A program made the translations under genes and the position numbers. A DNA stretch of 64,000 nucleotides from Geosiphon pyriformis uo1 (taxonomy: Eukaryota; Fungi; Glomeromycota), in assembly GCA_016748015.1 (NCBI GenBank), contig JAAOMT010000599.1, positions 124,001-188,000 on the forward strand, written 5' to 3'. Below the pieces are notes generated by a model. That model saw only the letters and a list, made by a program, of their open reading frames with translations. It was not told the DNA's origin and searched no databases. Numbering within the stretch: position 1 is the first letter of the stretch; each line of letters opens with the position of its first letter. Below are positions 38,201 through 52,020 of this stretch, piece after piece.

Positions 38201-39829
38201 TGAGAATTTTTTTTAATTTTATATATTACTTAAATATTAAGATTGAGATTCTGAATTTATTTTCAAATCAGGTAATAAAAAAGATGTTGTTTTCTCTAAT
38301 ATTTGCTAATGTTTATTTAATAATTTTTTAATGAATATTAGTGTTGATTTTTTGTAAAAACCAGATAGCAAAAGAGTTTTGAAAGTAGCCACCTATTATT
38401 TGAAACTTGTATTTAATATTATATTGATTGGCAATAGCTGCTCTTTTAAAATTATCTAATCATTCAATTAGATTTTGTATATTATTTCTGAATAAAAATA
38501 GTGGAATGTTGTTTTTTTATTCTAAAACAGTTTGTATACTTTAAAGAACAGTCAGAATATTTGCTTGTATGGAGTTAACAGCCATTGGTTCAAAGTTAGC
38601 TGTTTGTATAAAATAATTTAATTTACTTAAGAAAAGATTAAAAACAGAAGCAGCTTAATAACTTTTTTTTTCTGTTTCAAAAAAAGTTCTAATTAACTAA
38701 TAAACAGTAATTTAAATATAAATTTAATAATTCAAATATTCGAAATCAGAAGACTGTTAATTAAAGATTGTTGAATATAAAAATTGATTAATATAATTGT
38801 TTTTTTCTTTAAAGATTTTTTTAAAATAAACTTAATTAAAAAAATAGATTGTATAAACTGTATAGATTTTAGCTGAATGCTTATTCAAAAACCAGTTCCA
38901 AAAATTTTGAAATTGTCTACTAAACTGTTTTTTAACAGAAAAACAGATTAAACAAAAGAGCAGAAAATTAAGTTCAATAAAATTTAGGTTATTTTTGTTG
39001 TATATTACAAAGTATTTTTTTAATTATTATAACAAGTATGAATAATCACTTATATAATAAAAAACAAAATGAATTTTGACAAACTTACAAGAAACACTAC
39101 TTTTATGTTATGGGTTGAAATAATAAACTAATAAATAGCAAAGGAAAACAGAATTATAAGATAATAGAAATAATTAAAAAAAAAATTACAATAAAAAAAG
39201 TGAATTAAATAAATAAAAATTTAATATGTGTAATCAATTTTATAAAAATCACAGTTATAAATCTTTTTTGGAAATTTGAAAATAAAGAAATAGTCTATAA
39301 TTGTTAACAAAATAATATTACTGCTATTATTCTAGAATTAATAACAGATATTGTTGTGTTTTTTAATTATTTCTTTATTCAATAAATTATAAGAGCAAGT
39401 AATTGCTTTTCAGACTAATTCTAACAATACAAATCAAAAAAAAAAGATAAGATATGTGAATGCCAACAAGTAATTTTTTATTTACAGATATTTAAATACT
39501 TAAAGATAGAGAAAAAAAAATAAACAATATAAAAGAAAGTAATTAATAATGGGTTTTATTTATTACTTTGATTATACTTTTCTATAACTAAAAAACTTAC
39601 TACTTATATAGTTATTAAAAGTGATCAATAATCAAATTATTGATTAAGTTAATAATTAAGTTATTAATTAGATTAATAATTAGGTCAATAATTAAGTTAT
39701 TGATCAGATTAATAATTAAGTTAATAATTAGATTATTAATTATTATCTAAAAGTAAGATGGCTAATTATATAATATTAGTAGCTAATACATGTAATAACT
39801 AATAAAAACTATTAGTTTCAACCATAACA
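35273..39829 (-). mobile_element. Heavily mutated family B copy (B'): 5' LTR 39106-39829, gag, PR and RT; truncated
   Basis: Collinear with the reverse complement of 21558-about 27120 minus the solo LTR; differences are overwhelmingly C>T/G>A. Confidence 0.9.
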
Positions 39830-42800
39830 CTACAAAACAAATTAGAAAAAACATATAATATTGAATTAAATAAAAAGATAGCACAGACAATATTCCTGTC
39901 TTTAATAAAAATAGCTTAATTAATATCAATAAAAACAAAAAAAGAATTAAGAATAATGATAAAAGGAATAAATAAATTTGAATTAACAAAAAAATAAAAA
40001 TACTAATTAATATAACAGAAAAAAAAATAATTGACCAAAAAAAAATTATCTTTATATATTAATCAATTTTTATTCTATTATATAATTAATATATATTAAC
40101 AATAAAAAAAAAGTAAAAGATCAATCCCAAATTTTTGAAGTAAAATTTATCATTTGTAAATTAAGAAAAATTGTCATTACCAATCTATATATACTAGCCA
40201 AAAACCATAAACACATTAAAATTTCAATATATAATACAACTAGAAATCTAATAAAAATATTAAATAAAATTATTATTAAATACTTAAATATTAAAGTTAA
40301 GGATCAAGCATCAACCACTATTCCAGATTTTTTACAACTTTGTAAATATATAGACATCATATTGCAAACTATTTACAAACAAAAAAAATGCTATTTGCTA
40401 TAGTTAAAATAACTAGAACAAATAAACTTGAAAAATCTAAATTTACTTCAAAGAATACAACTTAAACTGTTATTTAACAACTTCAATAATATTTTTGCAA
40501 ATAAAAATGAATTTGGTAGAACAAACATTATCTAGCACCAGATCAAAACTAAAAATACTATATTAATTAAGCAAAAAACATATTAAATACTACTTATTAG
40601 CCACAAAATTATTTAGCAAGAGATTAATTATATATTAAACAATAAGTTAATTCAACTATTAATAAGTTTATAATTATTACCAATAATATTTGTTTGAAAA
40701 AATAGAAAGATTCACTTTTGTGTAGGTTACAGAAAACTTAACAATATTATTTGTAAAGACAGCAATTTAAGTTCATAAATTTAAGAATTATTTAATGCTT
40801 TTAAAGAAAAAAAATAGTTCTTTATATTAAATTTAAACAATAATTACTAACAAGTAGTCATGAATTTTACCAACAAAAAAAAACAGCATTTACTATAAAA
40901 GAAAAAACTTTGAATTTAATATTATGCTTTTTGGCTTAACCAATATTCCAATCATTTTTTAATGGCTAATAGAAATTGTTTATACTAGATTACTATAGAA
41001 ATCAGTAGTAATTTACTTAAATAACACTAATGTGTTTTCCAAAACATTTAATAATTACTTTTATCATCTCTAATAAGTATTTGAACAATTAAAAAGAGCA
41101 AAATTAAAACTAAATACTATTAAATACTTCTTTAAAAAAACTAAGCTTAAGTTTTTGAAACATATCATAAACAAAAACAATATAAAAACAGATCCAGATA
41201 AAATTGAGATAGTTAAAAGCTTTTTAGTACCAACAAACTTAATTAAATCAAGAATATTTTTGGAATTTGTTAAATATTATTGCTACTTTATTCAAAATTT
41301 CTTCAAACTGGCTCAACTATTTCACTAACTTTAAGCCAAAAACACCAAGTATAAATGAACTCAAAAATAGCAAAAAGTTTTTAACATATTATGGAAAAAG
41401 CTTATTTAAGCTTTAATATTAATTTATCTAGATTATAATAAATTATTTATTATTATGATAAATACATTAGACCAAGCATTAAAAACAGTACTATCACAAT
41501 AAAAATTGAATAGACAAGAATATCTAGTGGTATATATTAGTCAAAGTTTGAATTCAATAAAAAAAAATTATAGAATTTCAGCATTAAAACATTTAGTTAT
41601 TTATTAAGCTGTTATCAAATAAAAAGAATACTTAAGTTAAAAATTTAATGTATATACTAATTACAAAAGATTAACATTAATTCAAAAACAAAAATTTGAA
41701 AATGATTAATATATAAGATAAAAAATAGAACTATTACTATTTCAATATACAGTATATTATAAAAAAGGAAAAAAAAATATTAATGATTTGTTATATATGA
41801 AATATATCTAAAACATTTCTAATCAGAAAAATAAGTTAAAAATAAAAACACAAAAATATTAACAACTTTAATATTATATTAGTATCCAATAGTTTAAAGA
41901 GAAATTATCTCAATAAAAACAAAAACCCATAAAACAACAATTAAAATACTATATTTTTTATCAAAATATACTATATTAAAAAAATAGAAAAAAGTTAAAC
42001 CAGTTATTCAAAGTTATTATAAAACCAGAAAAAAAAACAATACTGTTTAACATATACTTAGATTCAATAACAAAATATTTTCATAAAGAAGTCACAATAA
42101 AAAGAACCAAAAAAAGATATTATTAGTTATTAATATATTTAAATATTATCCAATATATGCAAAATTATAATGTTTGCTAAAAAAAACCAGATCTAGTAAA
42201 CTATTAAGATCAATCAAAATAGAACAACTATTTAATCAAATTGGAATTGACTTAGTTAGACTATTAACAATAATTAACAAAAACAACTAATACTTAATAT
42301 TAGTTATAGATTATCTTACAAAATAGCCAGAAACAAAAGCAATTTAAAAAGCAAATGCAAAATTTATAGTTAAATTTATATATTAATATTTAATTTGTTA
42401 ATATAGATGTTTAAAAAAATTGTTATTAGACCAAAAAACTTATTTTGCCAACAGAATATTAATAGAATTAAGTCAAAAATTTGAAATCAAAAGGCTATTA
42501 TTATCTTTATATCATCCATAAACAAATAGCTTAATTAAAAAATTTAATAAAACATTGTGTAAAGCAATAGCCAAAATCAGCCAAGAAAACCAAAACAAAT
42601 AAAATTTGTTTATACTATTAGTATTATTTACTTATTGAACAATAAAACAAAATATTATATAAACAATATTATTTGAATTAATTTATAGTAAAATAACAAT
42701 ATTACCAAAAAAAATAAATGTTTATACATATCTAATAAAATCATAACAGAAACTAACTTTTAAAAAATACTGTTATAAAGAACATATGACTTAATAAAAA

Positions 42801-44344
42801 CACTAGAAAACAAAAAAAAAGAACAATTAATAATATACAAAGAACATAAGAGAAACAAAAAGAGTAATATAATAGTCAACTATCAGATAAACTAGTTAAA
42901 TTTAAAATTGAAGACAAAGTACTTTTATATAGTACCAAAGCAGAAAAACAATAGAATAAAAAATTTAACCCAAATAAAATAATCTATTTTATATTAAAAA
43001 ATATTGAAAAATAGAGCATATAAGCTAAGATTAAACAACAAATTATTCAATATAAAGACACAAAAAAAAACCAAAACTTTAATATAATTTACAATATAAA
43101 ATACACATAAGACTTAAAAACATAATAGATAATATAGTAGTACAAGTAAAAATGTTATTAAAAATACCAATAACAATAATACTATATAGTAAGTTAACTA
43201 AAAAAAATTGGAAATAGTGGGCACAACAATTTTCTAAAAACTTTTATTATTATTATTTAAGACAAAACCTTAATATTTAGAACTTATATATAGATAAAAC
43301 AAGATAAATATTTAATATGATAATATTACAACAAATAAAACAATTTATTCACATAGATATAAGCAATATACTAATTATAAACAGAATTTTAAAACTGTTC
43401 AAAAATACTGTTATATTTAATAATAAATACAATAACTATTAACCAATTAAGAAAAATTACCAATATTCAATTTGAAAAATTACAGACCAGAATTGCTCAA
43501 GTAATTCTAGAAAAAAAAGTAATAGAACTAATTCAAAAAGAAAATTTTGAAAATTTTGACAAAGCTCAATATTAAAAAAATGAAATAATATTATTCATAA
43601 AAAAATAAGAATCATAATAAATAGAAAAAATAGCCAATAAAAAATTGGCATAGTAAAAAAAGAAAAATTTCAAAATTTTTCTTAAAAAATTAAAGATTTC
43701 AAAAAATCTTATATAATAAAAAATATGTATATATAACAGTAGTATCAAAAACAAAAAAAGTAGTTAATTAGATTAAAACAGATACTTTGATAAATTAGTA
43801 TTAAAAATATTTTTATCTAAAGTAAAATTATATTAAATAAAATTATCTAATATTATTATTCATTTCATGTTATTATACTCTAATTAAAACACTTACTAAT
43901 TACATTTTATCAACAATTAATACTAGTAATATCCAATATTTAACCACACTATAACAATAATTTTTGATTATAGCTATTAATAGAATACTAATTTTTTATT
44001 TTGTTTTCTTTGTTGATTATTAATTGATTAAAAAATTAAGCACTAAGATATTAATATCAAAAATAGTTTGTTAAAAAACCCATAAAACAAGAGTGAAAAC
44101 TTAAAAATAACTTACCAAAAAGACATAACTGCCAAATTAAACTAATTATCATACTAAAGAAAAAAATTTATAAAAGAAATTATTAATTAAATCTCTGTTT
44201 ATTATACAAAAAACTCAAACAAAAATTTTTAACTTCAAAATTTTTAGAGTACAAAAACCTTTAGAAATCAACAGAATTATTAGCTACTAAACACCAAGTT
44301 ACAGATTTGTTATTTATTTTAACACCAAATAATTATCTGTAATA
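39830..44344 (+). mobile_element. Heavily mutated family C pol (RT, RH, IN), ORF3 remnant and 3' LTR (43589-44344)
   Basis: Degenerate NEFGRTNII, FCVGYRKLN, FNIMLFGLTN, YLNN (from YLDD), IGIDLV, IDYLTK; C-type LTR ending CTGTAATA. Confidence 0.85.
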
Positions 44345-47300
44345 ATAGTTCATTTTATATTAAAAAAATTCTGGAAAATAAAGCTTATAAGTTAAAATAT
44401 AACAACAAAATCTTAACCAAAGCAGCACATAATAATTAACTAAAACTATATTACAATATAGCATTTTTATCTATCAATAATATTCCACAACTAAGAATAC
44501 AACAAATTAATTAAATCAAATAAGATCTTATAAGATTTGAAACCAATTATAATCATTAAAGAAAACATGTTAAATTAATATATCAAAACAGTATATAAAA
44601 TATTAGCATATGTAATAAAAGCCACAATCAAAATAGAAATAACTGATAGTATTTACTTATTAACACAACAACTATTACAACTTATTCAACATTAAAAATT
44701 AAGCTTGGAAGTAATAATTAACAAATAAACAATACAATATAAGAACAAAAAAATAACACAAAATATTTAAAACAAAAAACAAGAGAATAGATATTATATT
44801 TCTAAAAATACAGTAAATAAAATAATAATAAAAATGAAAAAAATATTAGAAGCTACAAAAATACTAATACCAGATAAAGAATTAATTTTAGAAAATTGGA
44901 ATCAATAGATACAACAATTTTTTAAGAATTTTTATTATTATTAGTTAAGACAAAAGCTGAATATTTAAAATTTATATATGAATAAAACCAAAAAAATGTT
45001 TAATTTAATTATATTGTAATAAATAGAACAATTTATGAGAACAAACAATTTACTTATATATGTAAGAGCTATTTATTAATTACAAATAAAATTTCAAAAC
45101 TGTCTAATAATATTATTACATCCAATAATAAACATAACAATCATTAATTAATTAAGAAAAATAACTAATATTTAATTTAAAGAATTGTAGACTAGAATCA
45201 CAAAAATAATTCTAAAAAAAGAAGTAATAAAGCTAATTTAAAATAGAAATTTGGAAATTCTAAAAAATTTGAGAGATTTTAACAAAACTTAATATTAAAA
45301 AAAGAAAATAATATTACTTATAGAAAATAGAAGTCATAATAGTTAAATAAAAACAGCTAATTAGAAATAAACATAATAAAAAAAAGAATTCTAGAATTTC
45401 TCTTAAAAAATTTTAAAAAATCTTATATAATAAGAATTATGTATATATAATAGTATTATCAAACAGATAAAAACAAACAAACAAGTTCAAACAGAAAATA
45501 ATTAAATACTTCTTTCTTCAAAAGTTAGTTTTCTATATTTTAAAGTAGAATTATCTAAATATTAAATAAAATTATTATTTTATTATCTAATTTATGTTAT
45601 TTATATTATTGGGTTAATATTATTATTCTTTAACTTAATTAGCAACTTATGCTAATACCATTTATTACTTAACTACATTAAACTAATAGCTCTTGATTAT
45701 GACTATTAATAAAATATTAATTTTTTATTTTTTTTCTTATTTTCTTTTATTTTCTTTTATTTTGTTTTTTTGATGTTTATTAATTGATTAAAAGATTTAA
45801 GATATTAACATCAAAAATAGTCTAGTAAAAGACTCATGAAACAAAAATAAAAACTTAAGAATAACTTATTAAAAGAATACAACTGCCAAATTAAACTAGC
45901 TATCATGTTAAAAAAAAATTCATGAAAAAAACTATTAATTAAATCTCTGTTTATTATATAAAGAACTTAACCAAAATTTTCAAAAATCAATATTATAATT
46001 AAATATTAAGCACTAAGTACAAATTTGTTATTTATTTTAACACCCCAAATAATTATCTGTAACAATAGTTTAAAAACTTAAATAAACTCTTTAAAACTTA
46101 GCAAGCATTCAAAAATGCTTTTTTAAAACAGTTTATTAACAATAACACTTTTATTACATTTTAAAATTAGTTTTAAAACATCAAGCAAAAACTTTTTAAA
46201 TTTGTCATAACCTATTTTAAGAAGTTTAACAAACTTCTTAAATACATCTACTAATTGAAAACCAATAATTATTACTTTAATGCTCAAATTTCTGATTAAT
46301 TTATTATTAAACTAAAAGACAAATTTATTAAAAAAGTTTGTTTACATGTCCTAAAAAATTTAGCCACAGCTATTTAATATGTTAAGATCTTTGAAATAAC
46401 TATAGAAAAAGCCAACTGCACAAAACTTGTCAATTTAGCTATTAGAGAAACTAGCTTAATAGCTGAAAAAAAAATCAACCAACTTACTATAAAAGTTAAA
46501 AACTATTTTACAAATTAACAACAGCAACAATAACAGAAATATTAATTACTATAATGCCAAAACTAAAACAATTTTTTATTATTATTAAACAACCAATTCC
46601 AAAGCTGTTATTATTGTAAGATTCTAGAATATTGGAAACAAAACTACTAAAAAATACAATGAAACCAACAGCAAAGAAATAATTAACATTATTTTTAACT
46701 TTAACAGTTATATTATTAATTATTACTACTAATTTACTACTTATTAAAATCTTAAACAATTATTATCAACTTGCTCTATAACTAATATGACAACAATATT
46801 AGCAATCTTTATAAGTTTAATAATATCAACTATCTATCTAATAATATTAAGTATCTGCTTAAAAATTGATTCAAAAAACCAATTTACACCATAAAATCGA
46901 TTTTCAAACAATAAAAAAGTTAATTTTAACAATTAATTAGTTTTTTGCAATACAGTTTAACAAAAATCTAATTATTTTTACACTTAATTTAGCTATTTAA
47001 TAATATCTAAAAAACAAGATTTTTAACAAACTGCACTTTTTAAAAATAAAGTTGCAGCAACAAAACACTATTTTACCAGCCAAAATTGCCAAAAACACAA
47101 ATTTTTTTAATATCTTTTTATTCAAATTTAAGACTAAAAAATTATTATTCTTGTTTAGTAATATAGCTATTACAGAATAAAAAGCAATTACTGCTATATA
47201 CATTGAAATTAAAGTTGAAAAAAAACTAATTTGATTAATTTTAAATAATAGATTTACCAAAAGTATTATCATTTACCAATTAATACAACAACTGCAACAA

Positions 47301-48457
47301 AATATTGATTGATCAGCTCAAACTATTATTGTTATAACTGAAATATAAAAAAAACCCAGTAAAAAAATTGACAATTTTCCCTTTACAATTAATGGAATCA
47401 CTATTTCAGTTAAAGTTTTAGTTATAGATGCACTCTAATACTAAGTTCTGCTTGGAAATAATTGATTTCTTAAAGCCAATGCAAATTTAAATTAGAAAAC
47501 CTATAAATTAAAGATCTTATACCAAAAACAATATATTTGAATACTTGTTACTTGTAGTATTTTTAACAAACAGTCAGAAAAAGCTCCTGTATTTGAATTT
47601 GAAAAAAAAAACTAATTACTAAAATTTATATGACTCTTAAATTAATATTTAATTAGACTAAAAAAACAAAACAGTTATTCAAAACATCTATATTACGACC
47701 AATATTATTATGGTTTGAAAAAACCAGTTCACAATTTATCTTCATAATTAAACCAGTTAACAAATAATATGTCTTATATTCAAAACCAGAACCAAAAAAA
47801 CAACAGCCCTATATTTTAATTAAATACAAAATTGCAAAAAAAGTTTTATCTAAAGAAGTTTATATATTGTTTAAAGAAAAATATGAAACTTATACTTATT
47901 ATTACTGTAAAGCCTATTATAAAAAATAATTTGGCAGTTCAAAACAAAATGGAAAATGAGATAATATATTTTGTCTTATATATAAAAAATTACTACCAAA
48001 ATAATACAACTAAATTAATATTGCAATGAAAGAAAAAGTATGTAATCAAATTTGCTAATATGTTTTATTAATTTCTGAAAAAGTCAGACAAGAAATATTA
48101 TTTAAGATAGTATATAACAATATGTTCAACAAACTTTACTATTACTTATACAATGTTGAAATAATCTATGATCTTATTATAACTTTAATTAATAAAGCCA
48201 TCCAAAAAGATATTTACCAGATAAAAAAAGTAAAATATATTAAATACATCATAAAATTAGCTAGATTTGATTATAAAAATAAAATAAAAACTTATTACCA
48301 AAACACAAACTATACATACTTAACCAAAAAAACTTAAATTTAATAATTGAAACAAATAAATATTTATTTGTGTAAAAAATATATCATGTTTTGTAATAAC
48401 CAATGGTGTTTAAAATATTATGTACTTAGTATTTTTTTTGCCTAATAAAAGTAATAA

Positions 48458-49718
48458 TATTATTCATAAAAAATAGAAATTAATATAATTAAAGAAAACA
48501 GCCAATAGAAAATAAGTATAATAGAATAAAAAATTTCAAAATTTCAAAATTTTTCTTAAGAAATTAAAGAATTTCAAGAAATTTTATATAATAAGAAATA
48601 TATATATATAGCAAAAATATTAGAAATAAGAAAAAAATATAGACAAGTAGTTAGAAAATATTTTTTTCTTTACAGATAATTATTATTACTTAAAATAAAA
48701 TTATATTTATATCAATAAAATATTTATTTATTATCTAATTTATGTTATTATTAATTAATTAAAAAATATTTCTTGGTTTTATACTATTAACAACTAATAT
48801 TAATAAAATTAAATACTTAATCACACTAAAACAATAGCTCTTAATTATAGCTATTAATAGAATACTAATTTTTTATTTTTTTCTTATTTTTTTTTATTTT
48901 GGTTTTTTGTGGTTTACTAATTAATTAAAAAAATTAAGCACTAAAATATTAATGTTAAAAATAGCCTGGTAAAAAATCTGTAAAACAAGAGTAATGAACT
49001 TGAAAAAAAAAATAACTTACTAAAAGAACACAACTACTAGATTAAATTGGCTATTATGTTAAAAAAATTATTATTTAAATCTCTGTCTATTATATAAAAA
49101 ATTTAATTAAAATCTTCAGATATTTAAAACCTTTAGAAAATTAACATCATAATTAGATATTGAATACCAAATTATGAGTTTGTTATTTATTTTAATACTT
49201 CAAATAATTATCTGTTATAATGTTATTATCTATTAATTAAAAATACTTATTACTTTTATATTATCTGCAACTTATGCTGATAATATTTAATATTTAACTA
49301 TTTTAAAACAATAGCTTTAATCATGATTATTAATAAAATACTAATTTTTTTATTTTTTTTTTATTTTTTTTTATTTGCTTTTATTTTTTTTTATTTTTTT
49401 TATTGTTTATTAATTGATTAAAAAATTAAGCACTAAAATATTAATGTTAAGAATAGTTTAATAAAAGATATGTAAAACAAAAATAAAAATTTAAGAATAA
49501 TTTACCAGAAAGATATAATTGTTAAATTAAACCAGTCTCTATATTAAAAACAGAAATTCAGAAAAAAACCACTATTTGATTCTTTGTCTATTATACAAAA
49601 AACTTAACTAAATTCTTTAAATTAGAAAACTTTTAGAAATTAACAACATAATTAACTATTAAGTACCAAGTTACAGATTTGTTATTTATTTTAACATCTC
49701 AAATAATTATTTGTAACA
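48458..49718 (+). repeat. Two fused family C LTRs (one near complete to about 49215, one 3' half)
   Basis: Both segments match C LTR motifs; ends TTGTAACA at 49718. Confidence 0.75.
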
Positions 49719-50733
49719 ATACTTTGAAAAGCAATTAAAATGTTTGTTTGTATTAAGTTATTAGTCATTGGTTTAAAAAAGCTGTTTTTGTAAAATAATT
49801 TAATTTACTTAAAAAAAGATCAAAAATAAGAGTGGTTTAATAACTTTCTTCTTTTGTTTAGGAATTAGTTTCAAAAGTCTTGAAATTGTTTACTAAATTG
49901 ATTTTAAACAGAGAAGCAAATCAAGCAGAAAAATAAAAAATTAAGTTTAATAAAATCTAGATTGTTTTTATTGCACACTACTTTTATATTACAAATTAGA
50001 ATAACAAATTAAAAAATAACAAGATAAAACAGAATTATATAATAATAAAAATAATTATAAAGAAATTCAACTTTAGAAAATGAATTAAATTAATATAAAT
50101 TTAATATATAAAATTGGTTTTATAAATATCTTAGTTACTATTTTTTTTAAAAGATAACAAAAAAATCTAAAAATAGAGAAATAGTATATATTATTAACAA
50201 AAGATAATATATTAATATAATTTTATATTTCATATTAACACTTTTAAAATTCAATATTAAATATCAATTGTACTTTTTAATAATATTTATTTAATAATTT
50301 TCAAAATTAATAATTACAAATAAATACCAACAAATAAGTTTTTATTACAAAAATATTTAAATACTTAAAAAAATTTAAAAAAAAAAATAATTGAATTATA
50401 AAAAATTAAATATTTTTATTACTTTAATTTATATATGTTTTATATATTAAAATATGCTTTTTTAAAGCTAAAAAACACATCACTTATATAGCTATTTAAA
50501 ATAATTAATAATTAAATTAACAATTAGATTAATAATTAGATCAATTATTAAATTATTAATTAGGTTAATAATTAGATTATTAATTAAATTAATAATTAGA
50601 TTAATAATTAGATTAATAATCAAGTTATTGATTAAATTATTGATTATTTTCTAAAAATAAAATAGCTAATTATATAATATTAATAGTTAATACATGTAAT
50701 AATTAATAAAAACTATAATTTTTAATCATAATA
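49719..50733 (-). mobile_element. Very eroded family B fragment: LTR (49987-50733) plus internally deleted 5' gag
   Basis: Degenerate 12-bp repeats (attagattaata) at about 50510-50645; end aatcataata matches the B LTR terminus; gag remnant. Confidence 0.75.
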
Positions 50734-51159
50734 ATACTTTTAAATTTATTTACTAATAAAATTTTTTTCTAATAATTTGCATTTTTATTATTGCTAATTT
50801 GCTTTTTATTGTAAATAAATTAATGTTTAAAATATAAATTTTATTAATAAATATTTTTATAAAAGTTTTTACAATTTTAAAATTAATTAATAACTTTTTT
50901 AAAACTATAAAATTAAGTTTAAGTGGAATAATTTTATTATTATTTATATTATAATTACAAATATTAATATGCTTTTACAAGTAAGACTGGTCATTTTTCT
51001 TTGTTGTTGTCCAATAATATGAGCAAATACTTTGTCATGACTAATAATTTGCTAGTGTTTAGTAATATTTATTATTTTGTTTAGAACATATATAAATTAA
51101 TATATTATGCTCATTAAAAACATGAATTTGGTTCTAAAATGTTTAATGTTTTTTTGTTT

Positions 51160-52020
51160 TGCAAAATTGATTAGGTTCAAACTGCCACAATTTGACATCC
51201 AAATTCACATATGTTATAAGATTCAATAAATAAAACTTTAACTAGTTTGTATATGTATTTTATAAAGACTATTTATAAAAAACTGTGTGTTATTATTAAA
51301 AAAAAGCTTTATAACAAAAAATATCCAAATGTTTTGTATTTACAGTGTAAAAAAATTGAATTTTCTGATTATGTGTTTATCTATTCAAAAAGTTTAATTC
51401 TTATAATATGATTTTGATTAATCAGATCTTGGTTTAAAAATCTCTGACTGGATTTTGTATTCTATTGTCTTCTGTAGTTATAAAATTTCTTTTTTTTTGT
51501 TTGTTTAATGTTAACTTGTATGTACTCTTTTGCAAAAGCTTTATGCTTATGGATTGGTATAATAAGACTATATGAATATTTGAGAACTATAAGAAGACTG
51601 TCCAAATTTTGGTTGATTTTGTATATGATTTAAATAAACAGCATTATTTTGATTTATGAAAATTCAGATTTAAATATAGGGCAGATATAAAGAAGAGTGA
51701 TTTAGTCAGTAATTTTGAAATAGTACTAGTTGTGTCTTGGAATTTGGTATTAGATTTGTCAAATGTGGTGGTTTGTTTATTTGGTATTAACAAGTTTTTT
51801 AAAGTTAACTTTGGTTTTCATAAACTTTGCTTGTTTTTTTCTGGTTTAAGTAATAAATTAACAATTTATATAAAAGTTTAGTATTGTCTTAATTGGTCTA
51901 AATAATTGGTTATATGTAGTAAAAGCATGAATTACATTTAGTTAGAATCTTTAGTTTTAATTTTGTATATTAGATAGTAATTAGACTGCATTCATAAATA
52001 AATAAATAAATAAAATAAAT
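51160..52020 (+). mobile_element. 5'-truncated LINE 3' end with (TAAA)n tail
   Basis: Frame reads KKLYNKKYPNVL(Y)LQCKKIEFSD(Y)VFI(Y), a degenerate C-terminal CCHC finger, then CKSFMLMDWY...CLFFSGL...* (stop 51879-51881); TAAA repeats at about 51995-52020. Confidence 0.75.

Larger units (their letters stand above)
20276..46064 (+). mobile_element. Family C Gypsy element C1, host of the central nest; LTRs 20276-21069 and 45312-46064; TSD ATAG
   Basis: The two LTRs match each other better than they match other C LTRs. ATAG flanks both ends (20272-20275, 46065-46068). Gag remnants at 21070-21557 and 30255-31665; integrase tail and ORF3 remnant at 44345-45311. Confidence 0.82.
20170..48457 (+). 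mobile_element. Old family A copy (A0), split by the C1 insertion; own sequence at about 20170-20275 and 46065-48457
   Basis: Left piece encodes ..KMLKAI..TVSK* and right piece resumes *FKNLNKLFKT*QAFKNAF, contiguous positions of family A gag. It continues through knuckle, protease and Cys-rich domain. Confidence 0.8.

Noticed and set aside
39783-48337. Short Ile/Phe/Leu/Lys-rich ORFs (39783, 43572, 46508, 46997 and others) as membrane proteins
   Set aside because: They are compositional artefacts of AT-eroded retroelement sequence or fragments of TE frames.
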